Position numbers and translations under genes: made by a program
The notes under the pieces: model-generated
What the model saw: the letters and a program-made list of their open reading frames with translations, nothing else
Databases searched by the model: none
What the model was told of the DNA's origin: nothing
DNA from: Octopus sinensis
Lineage: Eukaryota
Length of the DNA: 64,000 nucleotides
Direction: 5' to 3'
NCBI RefSeq assembly: GCF_006345805.1
Contig: NC_042999.1
Span: 86,924,001-86,988,000 of the forward strand
Shown here: positions 27,892 through 41,609 of the stretch, one piece after another
How the letters are laid out: each line of letters opens with the position of its first letter
Numbering within the stretch: position 1 is the stretch's first letter

Positions 27892-29066
27892 CACACACAC
27901 ACACACACACACACACTTGTGATGTGTGTTAGTGTGTATTTGTGCACGTGCTCCTTTGTTTTCACTTTAAATTCCAATACAATCTTAATCTGCTCTAGCT
28001 GAAAGGTATTTGTAGATAATTTCATTAAATGTATATCCATTTTACTGTAAATCATGAGAAAACTAAGTCGGGGGAGGACACCTTTGTGCAGATATACTGC
28101 TGGTATTTGTCAGTTTGAGGAGGGTTGGGTTTAGGTTACCAGTACTTAGTCTAATCTTTTACCGACATTTATTTGTGGAACCGCTAAATTTCGGAGCATA
28201 ATGTGACACAACATAAGTTACATGCATGTAAAATACACACGCGCGCGTGCATTTGGTCACCCAGAGGTTATAATAGAAGATACTTACCTTAATGTACACC
28301 ACAATGGGATCGAACCCGGAACCACATGCTTGTGAGATAGTTATCTTCACCACACAGTTATGCTTTTGTTATAAGTTAGCAGCATAAATAAATAAAACTG
28401 TCCCCAATCAACAAGGACCTGCCAAACTGTGAGTAGCAAAGATGAGTAATTGCAGCATCTGTGTAAATATTTGAATATACATGCATACACACGTAAAGCA
28501 CATGCACATTTATATATATGGGTACGTATTCGCGCGCGAATGTATATATACGAGTGTATGTATATGCAGATTTTAGATAAAACATATTCGGGTTACTTTG
28601 TTATTAGAGAAGTTCTTTCTTTACATTACAAACCTATGAAGTTGAAATCTTATAAACGGATCAGATAAAATGGGACGTATCTTACTGTCCTGCTCCTCCC
28701 ACTTTCTTAGTTACTACCTGTACTGACGTGCTGGAGAGGTATATGGGAAGTAGAATACGTTGATCTAATTTTAAGCTCCTCCCTATACATTATCAATGTA
28801 TTGCTAGATGTGACCATTGCATATTAATTAGGTAGTCTGTAGATATAGCTGTGTCCGTTTTCAACGACAAGCTAAAATTATGTGCAACTGCTCCACATAC
28901 ATACTGCGAATATTGATTTCTAAGACGTGAATTTAGTCGATTAATTTACATATTCTTTTATTCTTTTATTCTTTTACCTGTTTCAGTAATTTGACTGCGG
29001 CCATGCTGGAGCATCGCCTTGAATGGTTTTCGGCAAATGAATCGACTCCAGGACTTATTTTTTAAT

Positions 29067-29239
29067 ACAGTTCTATATTTAAGGGATGAGGAATTATGTA
29101 CATTATTTACATTTGACGGATACTTGTCCTCATCTTGTTTGTTGTTAACACAACATTTCGGCTGATATACCCTCCAGCCTTCATCAGGTGTCTTAGGGAA
29201 ATTTCGAACCAGGGTTATCATTCCTAAGGTATTTTTCAA

Positions 29240-29250
<11 letters not shown>
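29067..29250 (-). mobile_element. Hammerhead-bearing short repeat, family H1, copy 1 (Penelope-like terminal repeat or retrozyme-like)
   Basis: Near-identical to 41425..41580 and 42196..42350; preceded on its sense strand by (AAT)n. Confidence 0.8.
29147..29192 (-). ncRNA. Minimal type I hammerhead ribozyme motif
   Basis: RNA GACAC CUGAUGA A GGCUG GAGGGUAUAU CAGCC GAAA U G UU GUGUU: intact core boxes, a perfect 5-bp stem II, and stem I GACAC/GUGUU. Confidence 0.72.
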
Positions 29251-29297
<47 letters not shown>

Positions 29298-29339
29298 GAG
29301 TGAGAGAGCAGTTCATTATTATTATTATTATTATTATTA

Positions 29340-30060
29340 TTGCCTTTGCACAGCTTCTAACGCTGGAGATGTATTACAGTGTTAGCTGTTCATTACCAGT
29401 GAACTAAGGTACCACCTACTATTTTTCGAGCATCTTCCGGAGTATTCGAGCGGTTCCAAGCACTGCTGTTTTCTGCAAGTGCTCCACCCTTATTGCAGCC
29501 CCTATTTGCTCCACGTACTTCTCGAGATTTTTGCACACTGTTGCCAGGGCTCCGACAATTATTGGTACTACTGCTACCTTTTTCATCGACCACAGCTGCT
29601 TAACTTCCCAAGCTAACCTGTCACATCTCTCAACTATTCTTCCTTCCTTATCGCATATCTTGTTGTCAGCTGGGCGTGCTATATCTATGATCCAGTATAG
29701 TTTTTTTTTTCTCAATTAAGACTATGTTCGGTTTCTTATTCTCTATCTCATGGTCGCACTGAATCATAAAATCCCATAAGATCTTTGCATTTCTATTTTC
29801 GACGATACTTTCAGGTTTGTGGTTGTATCAATTTTTTGCTGTCAAGTCCATACTTTTTGCAGAATATCCAATGGACCATCCTAGCTATATTGTCGTGGCG
29901 TCTCTTCTATTCCTTCTGGGCTAGTGGCGTACATTGGCTGGTAATATGCTATACGGTTTCAATTATTATTATTTTTTTTTTTAATAAAATATGGTCCGTT
30001 GTCTTCTGCTGAACCGGAGTCATCCCTTGGCCATAGGTCACAGCAGGTCCTCATCTCATG
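29340..30060 (-). mobile_element. R4-like LINE 3' fragment (lineage D)
   Basis: ETV.HITSQC..RRHDNIARMVHW and WIIDIARPADNKI..VPIIVGALATV..LQKTAVLGTARILRK (ORF 29419..29715). Confidence 0.88.
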
Positions 30061-30064
30061 AAGA

Positions 30065-32035
30065 GTACACAGCGTAGAATGTATGTGGAACCTAGCAACA
30101 CTATTTTCTGAAGTTCTCCCACGTTAACACTGCAAAGGAATTTGTTGAGCTGCTTATAAGGCCCTTTTTAATTAGCCCTTACGCTCCAGTCACCACTGGT
30201 GCTGTGCTGCATTTCATTCCTCACATCTTGGTCACTTCTATTTCTAGGTCTTTGTATTTAAGTAACTTCACAACTTCTTTAATGGACACATTTCTCTCTG
30301 ATGGTACTGTCACATCTGTCATTAAGCATTTCTTATTCTTCCCATCTTTGATGATTATGTCCGGCCTGTTTGCCTTGATTTCTTTATCGGTGTTGATTGG
30401 CATGTCCCAGAGTACAGTTACATCATCTTTTCCGGTCACAGTTTCAGGTTTATGCTGATACCATCTTTCTGAAGTTGGAAGCTGATAGTGTTTACATATA
30501 TTCCAATGGATATATTTCGCTCCTCAATCGTGTCTATGAATATATTCAGTTTTTGCAAGCGCTGTGCATCCAGTTAAGATGTGGTCCACTGTTTAGTCCT
30601 GCTCATGACACATTCTGCATTTCAGGTCAGTGCCATCGTTCATCATTTTGCTGTGGTAAGCCCTGGTTGCCAAGCTTTGATCTTGTGCTGCTATGATAAA
30701 ACCTTCGGTTTCAGCCTTCAGTCCTGAGCTCTTCATCCATACATGAGTGTCTCGTTTTTCTACGTCTAGTTTGTTCACTCTACATAGGTATCGGTCATGC
30801 ATCGGTTTTTCCAGCCATTCTTCTTTGCTCTTCTTCTGGGCTTGTTTTTCATCTATTCATTAACTCTTTTAGCAAACTGGGTTACTTTCTCATTTGCCTT
30901 TATCCTAGGTTCCTCCAGCATCAGTTGTTTCTTAAACTGTATAGATTTTTTGTATACCGAGTATAGCTTCTTTACTTTATCATGCTGGTGCACAAGCTTC
31001 ATTAGAGGATCTTTTGACAGCTCAAGATATTTATTTAATCCTACAGTGATGGTTTTGTAAGATAATTCTAACTGAGTTAGTCCACTTCCTCCCGTGCTTA
31101 TCGGTAAATAAATCCTGTTCACGTCCGCTTTTGGGTGGTTCATTCGAGCCATGGGTCTTGGAGTGTAGCTTCTTTATTCCGCTCATTTGCCAGTTGATTA
31201 TGTTGAAACTGTAAGCTACGATTGGTACTGCAAGAGTGTTAATGGCTTCTATTTTGTTTGCAGCGTTGAGTTCAGTCTTTGTTACGAACTGTACTCTTTT
31301 CTAATCTCTTTCATTGCTGAATGTTTTATGCCGTTACTTTCGTCTATGCCAAGGTATTTATATGCTTCTTCCTGGTCCAGTGCTCGGATTCTTGCTTCTG
31401 TATCTACGTGGATATCCGCAGAAGATGCCAGTTTGCTTCTTATGAAAGTGGCTTTCGTGCATTTGTCCAGTCCAAACTGCACCCTGATATCATCACTGAA
31501 CTTTTTAATCGTAGCAAGTAGACCTTCTTGTTGTTCGTCATTTTTTGAGTACATTTTCAGATCATCCGTGCAGAACAGATGACATCCCCTTTTTTCTTCT
31601 TGATCTCATATCTATACCAGGTTTTGTTGAGCATGGTGCCAGTGCCAAGCAGAATATTAAGGGTGATAGCGAGTCCCCTTGGAAGATACCACTTTTGATT
31701 TGATTGGTCTGCTTGTTATTGATCCACTGGAATAGTTCAGCGTCAACGTAGTTTCCCATGTATTCATGCTGTGTTTCATAAACTTGGTTAGAGTTGGGGA
31801 TACTTTGTATACTTCCATCACTTTCAGAATCCATGAGTGAGGTACACTATCGAACGCCTTTTTATAGTCGATCCATGATGTGCTCAGGTTCGTTTTCCTG
31901 GTTTTGCAGTCATCAAGGATCATTTTCTTTATTAGCAATTGGTTCTTGCATCCGTAGTTCCCTCTTCGACAACCTTTTTGTTCTGGTGGTAGTAGGTTGT
32001 TTTCTTCCAGGAATGTGTATATTCTTTCAGTGTTA
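30065..32035 (-). mobile_element. 5'-truncated, fragmented R4-like LINE (lineage E)
   Basis: PEQKGCRRG, WIDYKKAFDSVPH, GIFQGDSLSPLIF, HPKADVNRIYLP, LKAETEGFIIAAQDQ, RPDIIIKD..CLMTDVTVP. Confidence 0.92.
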
Positions 32036-32140
32036 ACAAGAATAGTATTGACAATGACTTTGAAGTTTCGGCTTGCTTAGCCTTCATCGGATAGCCAGAT
32101 GAAGTCTAAGCAATCCGAAGTTTTGCAATCACTGTCAACG

Positions 32141-32525
32141 CGCAGGAGTGGCTGTGGTAAGAAGCTTGCTTCCTAACCACATGCTTCCAGGTTCAGTCCC
32201 ACTGCGTGGCACTTTGGGCAAGTACCTTCTACTATAGCCTCAAGCCAACTAAAGCCGTGTGAGTAGATTTGGTAGAGGGAAGCTGAAAGAAGGCTGTCGT
32301 GTATGTGTGTGTGTGTGTCTGTGTCTGTGTTTGTCCCCCTACTATCGCTTGACAACCGATGTTGGTGTGTTTACGTCCCCGTAACTTAGCGGTTCGGCAA
32401 AAAAGACCGATAAAATAAGTACTAGGCTTACAAAGACTAAATTCTGGGGTCGATTTCTTCGACTAAAGGCGGTGTTCCAGCATGGCCACAGTCAAACGCC
32501 TGAAACAAGCAAAAGAATAAAAGGA
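32141..32525 (+). mobile_element. S2 SINE
   Basis: Colinear with 14108..14530. Confidence 0.87.
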
Positions 32526-32569
32526 AAAAGAGTGTGTGTGTGTGTGTGTTGTGTGTGTGTGTGTGTGTG

Positions 32570-32622
<53 letters not shown>

Positions 32623-33439
32623 AGTAATTCAACATTATTACAAAGTATATCATTTATCTTATTCTCTCTTATTGCACCTCCTCACAGTACAACATAAGTG
32701 AAGCATTTCTTAATTTCTAATACCTTTTATTACTTCGTCAATCCGATGAATATTTTTTTTGCGCCATTATAAAACCCAACACTAATTTACCAACTTCACT
32801 GTTAGAAACCTGAATACCAAATTGTGCTTTAATGCTTCTTTCATGTAACACACTGTTCAATTTTCCTTGTCTTCCGGCATAATGTGGGTAACCTTCTTTA
32901 TTAGCTTCTTTAGTAGCACGCACATAGTTTGGTCGGACTCAATTCCAGTTCTAAGAGCCTCTTCAACGATGTATGCCGTTCGTACCTTTCATTTCTTCCG
33001 AGTCATTAACGTTGTTATTCCCAGGAACACGCTTCTTGAACTCTGACAATCTAAAGGGCAGTATAAAACACAGAAGGTATGACAAATCATCGACATAATG
33101 ACTTGACCTTTCTCATAATCTATCTAATCGGCTCATTTACTCTGCACCTATTAAAGAAAGGTTGCAAATATGAAATGTCCTCTTTTAATAGCACAATATT
33201 CTGTCTCGTCCGGTTATAACCAGCACAACAATATCACCGAAGATGTTATTGTTAGATTCAGATACATTAACTTACCACCATAATATATGGTAGTGCACTT
33301 AAATAACCTTGTTTTACTGTTGGGCTTTCTGACTAATTCGAAATATATGGAAGAATTATGCGCAATGAATAATAATAATACTTCCTACTATAGATAATAT
33401 AATAATAATAATACTTCCTGAATAATAATAATACTTCCT

Positions 33440-33637
33440 ACTATAGATACAAGGCCAGAAATTTTGTAGGAAAGAGTCTATTAATTACACCAACCCTAGT
33501 GTTAAACTGGAACTTATGATGAAAAGCAAAGTCAACCTTGGCGACATTTGAACTTAGAATGTAAGATGGATGAAATGTCTTTAAGCATTTTGTTCAACGC
33601 GCTAACGTTCTAGCACACATTATTATTGTTGTTGTTG

Positions 33638-33713
<76 letters not shown>

Positions 33714-34072
33714 GAGGTGGCACGCTGGATGAAATGCTTAGCGATATTTCGCCCGTCGCTACGTTATGAGTTCAAATTCTGCCGAGGTTGATTTTACTTT
33801 TCATCCTTTCGGGATCGATAAATTAAGTATCAGTGAAACACTGGGATCGATGTAATCGACTCTTCCCTGCCGTCAAAATTGCTGCCCTTGTGGCAAATGT
33901 TGAAACCATTATTATTGTTGTTGTTGACACCCCGGGCAGAATGCTTAGCGGCATCTCGTCCGTCTTTACGCTGTGAGATCAAATTCTGCTTTCGGAGTCG
34001 ATAAAAAGAGTATCGGTTGAGTACAGGAGTCAATGTAATAGGCTTATTCCCTCCCCCGAATTCGCTGGCCTT
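33440..34072. mobile_element. Cluster of three S1 SINEs (33440-33615 minus; 33716-33910 and 33935-34072 plus) around (ATT)n
   Basis: Repeated S1 body motifs. Confidence 0.8.
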
Positions 34073-34300
34073 GAGTGAGAGAGCAGTGTATGCCATCAAA
34101 GTGACACTGGGGTAAAATATACGAAGCCCAGTATACCCATCATGATTACCCGTCTGATAACGGTATATCAAGCACATGCACCATAACCATACGTGCTCGA
34201 TACAGTGATCTCATACCAAGATAAACAGTGCACGACCTTGCGGGTGAGGTCCTGTCAGAATTTTCGTCAGTTTGAGTAGCCCTTTGTTTAAGGACGACGA
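34073..34300 (-). mobile_element. Element T, 3' portion
   Basis: Reverse match to 61020..61249. Confidence 0.8.
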
Positions 34301-35519
34301 AGGAATTACCCATGAAGACTTGTATGTCAATGATGATCCCACCCGATCACATATCTCCCAGAACAAACAGCACTCCAGAAATACCTATATGTCCTTCAAC
34401 ACTAAGTCAATGCTTTTTTTTTCTGCTAGAAAACTACAAACGAAAACTGAGAGTGGAACTGTCCAACTAGAAAGAGCTATCTCTTTCTCGCCAACTTTCA
34501 AGAAATTTACTAGAGGTCAGCATTTCCTCTCTCCCCTCCCATCTTCCTTTTCAAATCATTGTTTCAAAGATTTATGATAGCTTACTAGAAAATATAAAAT
34601 ATCCACTGTAGGGTTACTAAAATATCTATTGCAGAATCATGGAAACTTAATGCAAATATGAAAAATTTTCTTGTCTTCAATGAAGTTAACATCAAAAACA
34701 AAGGCTGAAATAACAGGTATTTGTGGGAAGAAAAGGAAAAGAATAAAAATAAACTCTGAAAAGGATAAAAACTATGCTAGAAATCGGGTTGCAAATGCTA
34801 AGCTAAAGTAACAGCAAGAAACGTTTCTGCATAACCAACAGCTTATAAATCTGAACAAAGCAAAAACATAAATAGAATAGAAAATTCGTAACATTGGCTG
34901 AGAAATGCAGTACTCGAACGAAACATGCGCGCGTATGCACACATACATACACACAGGTACACATTATTAGATACACATATAGACATGCATAGTTATGTAA
35001 ATACAAATTTTTTAATACTAATGCTTTCAGATCCGTAACAATGTATATACCTATAATCACAAAAATACATAAACTTATCTATTCTTCTAATAGATAGAAC
35101 TACGTGCACCTCGGTGGATTTAGACTGCTTTGGAAAGATTCTATCTGTTCACTATTTCTATTTCATAACATCCTTTCCTCAATAATTATGTTATTTGATA
35201 TCGTATTCCCTCCTTTTATTTTCATATCTTTAGACCCTTCTCTTTCGATAGAGCTACAGCTTTCTAGTTTTCAGTATGTCTGATTGTTGAACATAATATC
35301 TATGAGAACGCAATTCATGTTTCGCTTATCTATTTTATTTCTGATATTGAAATTATTGCTCAGAAGAATATTAATTCACTTTAGATCCACCACCCTATGT
35401 GTGCTTGTATTGTTTATTTAAAGAGTGATCTAGTGTAGGAGAAATAACTGAACATTTATTTGCTGTTTACGCAAATTGTCACTTATTGATGCGATACACT
35501 AATGAAGAAGATAACTGAC

Positions 35520-36720
35520 TCTCACCCAAAATCCCAAAATAACCTTCTCCAGAACTTGTCTTTATCAATAACAAACACTTCAATATATATCTTCTTGTAG
35601 TCGATACTTGAATATATGCTACTGTGTGTACCACCCCAACGAAGGGTAATTTCTTTAACCTTGCTCGCTATTGATCTGTCTCTCTCAACTGAAACATCAA
35701 AAATGTGATGGAAATAGTTGTTAACAATCACCTTCTCAAGCATATTGAGTCCCTCTCCTCTCTCAAAGACTACCATTATAGCTTCTATATAACCAAATCT
35801 ACAAGATTTTTTTAGCTCATTCATCATTTGTTTCTCACCTACAAGAAATTCAGCGAAATTAATGTTGCGCTTGATATGAGGAAAATACTAAGCGGCACAG
35901 TACTCTAGCTAACCCTATGAGCTTCGACCATCTTTGATCTCTTCAATTCGAATCTTCCTATCAGATCGCAACATCACAACGCACACTGATGAAGTCTTCC
36001 TTGAACCATGGTCTATCCTCTCTGCTGAACTTACAAGTTTCAGTTATTTCTCCCACACATCTTCTACTTGTACATTTATAGCATACTTGCTGGCACCACT
36101 TATCACGCTCATTCCTGTGCAGATTACACAAATTTTTCCTCCTACGCTTCTACATATAAACATCAATATAGAACTTAGACATCTGCTAAATAATACTCTC
36201 TTCATGAACAGGCATCTCGAAACTTCCTCCAACGATGCATGACAATCTAGTATCTTTCAGCGACAAACACACACAGTCACTACTCTAGCCACTCATCGAC
36301 AACAGGCAATTAAATTTTTCAAAGTCCTTATAAATGCTGGACTCACAATCTCTGGTTGATCTTTATTGACAACTTCCACATATGTAACAGCTAAAAAAAA
36401 ATACATCCCAAAAACTAGCTTTTCACTGCACAGTCAGGAAATTCTTTAGCTCTGGTCAGCTACTGACTCTCTATAAAACTCAAATAACCCCACAACTGAA
36501 TATTACTTACATATTTGGGAGAGTGTTGCTGCCATAGTCTCACATAGTCCCAAACAACAAGAAGAAAGCCATACAATATATTGGAATAGACTTATTCAAT
36601 AACACTCTACAGCATCAAACTGTAGTCTACCACTACAGTGGATTCTGCTCTTCTGAACTAGCAAGCTGCATACTATCTTTACTCAAGTTCAACTAACACA
36701 TGTATCCTTTAACATTACTC
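35520..36720 (+). mobile_element. Old APE-type LINE RT fragment (CR1/L2/Jockey-group-like)
   Basis: Cross-frame reading gives VMEIVVNNHLLKHIESL..YHYSF..ST, VALDMRK, IFLSDRNITT, a decayed HSCADY (YADD-like) motif and SGFCSSELA. Confidence 0.65.
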
Positions 36721-36786
36721 TTTCTATATTTTATTCTTCTAGCCCTTCACCAATCACTGTTTCCTAGTACATTAACTTGTTAGAAT

Positions 36787-37435
36787 TCCTGTCCCACGTT
36801 TTGGGGTTGTGCCGAACAGCTTCTGTCGTGTGTGGGACGGATCTGTCTATCGGCCTAGTCCATAGTGATGATTGCCCCGCCGCCCTCTTTTCATCGGGTA
36901 GGCTAGGTAGGTTTTCCTTTGCCTGGTAGCTGTGGTGAAAGAGGTTGCATTATGGACAAGACTGAAAGGCATGAAGACAGACACCTTCCTCTTTGGTAAA
37001 CGTCTCATTGGCTTCTTCAAGTTTCACTTGGAAAGGAAATTGAAGGTGGAGAGGGAAGTTCTGTCCTCGAGTGAGTTTGCTGAAAGGTGAATGAAAGTTG
37101 CGAAAATGGATGGTACTAAGTGTAGACTTGTGAATCTGAGAAAGGAAACTGGAGAGGGCACTTGCTTTTGGTGTTCAGGAAGATCTTCGACAGGTGGGTT
37201 CCTCGATTATCTCTAGAAGTCAGCTTGTATCAGGAGAACTACATCTCTATCATCCCCTCCTTTTTTTAACCTTTGTATACTATGTATATTTCCCTTCTTT
37301 TTCATTGTAAACCGTGTATACTTTTTCATATATTTATTTATTTTGTCATTTCATTATATGTAAACTCCCACACTTTATGCCTGTTTTGTATTGTCCCCCT
37401 TGTCCTTCACCCTGGTGGTAAATAAACTAAATCAT
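36787..37435 (+). mobile_element. L1/Tx1-like LINE 3' end (ORF2 C-terminus plus 3' UTR, AATAAA, (ATT)n)
   Basis: CLVAVVKEVALWTRLKGMKTDTFLFGKRLIGFFKFHLERKLKVEREVLSSSEFAER, followed by a T-rich UTR and AATAAA. Clade call is from pattern recall. Confidence 0.6.
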
Positions 37436-37448
37436 TATTATTATTATT

Positions 37449-37662
37449 GAAGGTGCTGGGCTGGTAGAATCGTAAGCACTTCGGGAAAAATGCTTAGCGG
37501 CATTTCGTCCGTCGCTACGTTGAGTTCAAATTCCGCTGAGGTCGGCTTTGCTTTTCATCCTTTCGGGGTCTATAAAATAAGTACCATTTGAACACTGGGG
37601 TCGATGTAATAGATTTACCTTCTCCTTGAAATTGCTAGCCTTGTGCCAAAATTTTAAACCAT
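37449..37662 (+). mobile_element. S1 SINE
   Basis: Full S1 body and (ATT)n tail. Confidence 0.85.
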
Positions 37663-37678
37663 TAATATTATTATTATC

Positions 37679-37772
37679 GAGTAAGAGAGCAATGCATGCC
37701 ATCAAAGTGATACTGGGGTACAAACATACGAAGCCCAATACACCCATCATGACTACTCATCTGATAAAGGTA
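37679..37772 (-). mobile_element. Element T, short 3' fragment
   Basis: Match to ATGCCATCAAAGTGACACTGGGG...CCCATCATGACTAC. Confidence 0.78.
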
Positions 37773-37791
37773 CATTTATGTATGTATGTGA

Positions 37792-37950
37792 AGGTGCGTG
37801 GCTTAGTGGTTAGGGTATTTGACTCACGATCGTAACGTCATGAGTTCAATTACCGGCGGCACGTTGTGTCCTTAAGCAAAACACTATATTTCACGTTGCT
37901 CCAGTCCACTCAGCTGGTAAAAATAAGCAGTACCTGTATTTCAAATAATC
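37792..37950 (+). mobile_element. S3 SINE, 5' part (tRNA head plus CORE-like motif)
   Basis: TGGCTTAGTGG A-box, GAGTTCAATTACC B-box, TGTGTCCTTAAGCAAAACACT. Confidence 0.72.
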
Positions 37951-38278
37951 AGCCTTTTCATATACACATACATACATACATACATACATACATACATACA
38001 TACATACATACATACATACATACATACTTATATATATATATGTGTGCATATATGGGTACAGGACGTCACCAACTATAAACAACAAGATGTACGAAAACAA
38101 ACACGTTAAATACGCAAACGGGAGAAAGAAGTGGAAAACAAAAGAAGTAACACAAAGAGCGACTCGTCGTCAGTTGTCGGCTCATTTTGAGCATTCAACG
38201 ACAATATGAGTTTTCGAAGTCAGTTGCTCCCATAAATTCCGAAATAAAAGAGTCAAAGTTGGGAACAAAAACAGGACA

Positions 38279-38353
<75 letters not shown>

Positions 38354-39096
38354 GAGTAGTAGAAAATATAGATTCAGGGTATCATACAGTTATCACAGTA
38401 AGCTCTTCATTCAGAATCAGCTGTCAGTAGTCTCTGTCGAAGTCGATTAATGTGCTGCGTAATGTAACATGTCCATGTAAATGGACATAGAGAGAATATG
38501 AACAATTAATTTATTGTGCGAAGAGTAAATAAAACACAAAATCAGGTGTGAGCGGTGAAGATAGAAACTTGATGCATTCAAAGCCACTCATGAGTATTTT
38601 TGAAGTTAGTTATACTAAAAAAAATACTCCTTCAAAGTTTTCTGGGTGACTGTGATTTAAGTTATGGTATATTTTTAAATGTTCTTCATCAACATCTTAT
38701 CGATTACCTATATTTTGTGTAGTATTTCAATCTCTTTTTTCTCATACAGCAAACCTTCATTGCTCTGTTGGGTTTTATTGGTTCTCGTCTTTATTTGACA
38801 ATGGATTCTTTGTTGTTTCGTCAAGTGGAATCCTCTTCGTTTTGTACATCCTTTAACTTTAGTCGTGCTTCTTCTGTTTCTTCTTCTTTTCTTTTCTCTG
38901 CAACACTCTGGCATCTTCTATTTGATCCCGCATCGTAAATGAAGTGGCACTGTCGAGAGTAAAGAGCCAGTATTGTTCGTGTCAGTGACCGAAGGCGAGG
39001 GTATCTTCTTTGCCATTTGCAGAGCTCTGACTGGCAACGCTTTTGGAACGATAGCTGCAAGATCTGTTCTCGTTGTTGGTTCTATTGCAGTTCATT

Positions 39097-39152
<56 letters not shown>

Positions 39153-39211
39153 TCTTTTACTGTATGTCTGTCTCTCTGTCTGTCTCTCTCTCTCTCTCTC
39201 CCTCTCTTTTA

Positions 39212-39297
<86 letters not shown>

Positions 39298-39389
39298 CTT
39301 TGCTTCACCTGTTTTCTAAGCAAGACGACCAATTATTCATATACAGACAACAGATTATACTTCGAAAAGAAAAGAATCCTAACATCGGG

Positions 39390-40560
39390 CTACAAGAAGT
39401 TGCCTTAGATGCCAAGAACACTCCTATTGGGTTTTGGGTTACAACAAGTAACCTTAGATGCCAAGAACCTTCCTAAGTATCTTAGCTGTTCCTAATTGTT
39501 TTTTGCAGCTGTACTAAACTAGGTTTTATGCCTGTTTCCTCTGCACCTATAACTGCTGGGATACATTTTACCTGCACTTTCTATAGTCTTTGTAATTCAA
39601 TAGCTAGGACCTGGTACTTCGCTATTTTTCTATACCACTCATATTGATTTTTTTCATCATTTGGGACTGTAAAATCAATTATCTGGCACTTTCTATTGTC
39701 TTTATCTACAACTACTGAATCAGGCCTTCTAGCTTATATTATTCTGTCAGTCTGAATTTTGAAGTCCCACAACATCTTATATTTCTTATTTTCTTGTACT
39801 TTACTAGGTTAATGTTCATACCATTTATCAGTATGTTCAAATCTTAGCTTTCTACATAACTTCCAGCGGATTATTCTCCCTAAGTTGTCATGTCTTTGTT
39901 TGTACTTTTTATGTGCCAGTATGCTACATTCGCTTACTATATAAGTAACGCTTTCCTCTTTTGGTTTGCATAGCCTATATTGAAACTCTACTTGGTTTTT
40001 GTCTATCTTGACTTTATCCAATTAGTCCTTAATGCTTGGTCTTGTGCTGCTATTAACAAACTTTCTGTCTCCCTCTTCAGCCTTCCTTTCTTCTTTGTCT
40101 ATATATGAATGATGATGCGTTCCTCTAGCAGTCTTCCTGCAACCTTTCTGTTCTTCTGGTTGTAAATTCTGATTGTCAAGGTGCTCATAAAAGCTTTCTG
40201 AAAGCATTCCTGTTAACAGCTTCCACACTGATGGTAAGCAAGTGATTCGTCTATAGTTGCTAGCTGTATTACCCTTGCTCTTATCCTTCATAATAAGCAT
40301 TGTTCTCCCTCTAGTCATCCAATCTGGTATTATTCCTCCATTAAGGCAAACCTGAAGTTGTTCCCTTAGCCTCCCATGTAAAATACTAAATTTCTTTAGC
40401 TAGTACCCTTGAACTAAATCCGTTCTTAGGCCCTTTCAAGTCGGAATTTTTCCTAACACTTTACTCATTTATGCACTAGTTAATCTTAGATGTGGCTGCT
40501 TTTCACTGACTACTTCTTCCCTCGCTTTCTTTTACCATACTGCATCTTCATTATGATCGA
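39390..40560 (-). mobile_element. Internally deleted R4-like LINE (lineage H)
   Basis: LIMKDKSKG..NYRRITCLP..PEEQKGCRK is joined almost directly to LIAAQDQA / RLCK..EESVTYIVSEC..RHDNLGRIIRW, so most of the RT core is missing. Confidence 0.85.
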
Positions 40561-40689
40561 CTAGTTTATCCCAAATATTATTATTATTATTATCATCATC
40601 ATCATCATCATCACCATTATTATTATCATCATCATCATCATTATTAATATTATTATTATTATCTCAGATTTTGTTGGAAGTCCTGGAAT

Positions 40690-41330
40690 TTTGCATGCGG
40701 GATGGACTTGCTGCCTCCAGCCTACGGTACCATGCTATCTGTTCTTTTAAGCCATCTAATACTTTCTTGATTATTCTGGCCGTATAACAGTCCTACTGGG
40801 TACTCTATTCCGATTTCCTTTTCTGATACTGTCCCCAAGGACTCAAAAATAATTCGCAATATCTTCACCTTCTTCATTTTCCATAGCCGGGCTATTTCGT
40901 ACTTAAGAGGGTTGTACTTATCTATTTTCCGACTATCTATGGTCAAAGGGACATGAACATCAACAATATAGCACATGTGGTGCATCTCGTCGACCATCAC
41001 TACGTCTGGTCTGCTAAGCTCTAGCACCTGATCTGTTTGGATTGGGAAATTCCATAGGATTTTGCATGTCTCCGACTTCACCAGCCTCTGCGGTTTGTGT
41101 TCATACCACGTCTTGCCTCTCTCTAGCCTCCACTTTTCGCACAGTTTCAAATGAGGTAGCACTTTCGCTACCGCATCGTGTCGCCACAACTCGTAGTGGT
41201 TTTGGGCAAGTCTTGAGTATTCGTATATGGGCAATGGTTTCGTCCACTCTATTAAAGATGCGGCACAGCGGAGACACTCGCTCGTTCCTGAGGTTGACCC
41301 TCCAATTCGTGGCCAAAGTTTGGTCTAGCA
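40690..41330 (-). mobile_element. R4-like LINE 3' fragment (lineage G)
   Basis: PLCRIFNRVDETIAHI, RHDAVAKV..LCEKW..WYEHKP..ILWNFPIQTD..RPDVV..YIVDV (ORF 40722..41234). Confidence 0.85.
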
Positions 41331-41424
<94 letters not shown>

Positions 41425-41425
<1 letters not shown>

Positions 41426-41580
41426 GTATTTACTTACATTATTTACATTTGACGGATATTTGTCCTCATCTTGTTTGTTGTTAACACAACATTTCGGCTA
41501 ATATACCCTCCAGCCTTCATCAGGTGTCTTGGGGAAATTTCGAACCTGGGTTCTCATTCCTAAGGTATTTTTGATGTTGC
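41425..41580 (-). mobile_element. Hammerhead-bearing repeat H1, copy 2
   Basis: Colinear with copies 1 and 3; flanked by (ATT)n on both sides. Confidence 0.8.
41483..41528 (-). ncRNA. Minimal type I hammerhead ribozyme motif
   Basis: GACAC CUGAUGA A GGCUG GAGGGUAUAU UAGCC GAAA UGUU GUGUU; stem II is retained through a G-U pair. Confidence 0.68.
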
Positions 41581-41609
41581 TGTTGTTTCATTATTATTAT
41601 TATTATTAT

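Noticed and set aside
38150-38230. CUGACGA on the minus strand in a repeat-like segment
   Set aside because: No stem II-GAAA-NUH arrangement follows, so it is not a hammerhead as written
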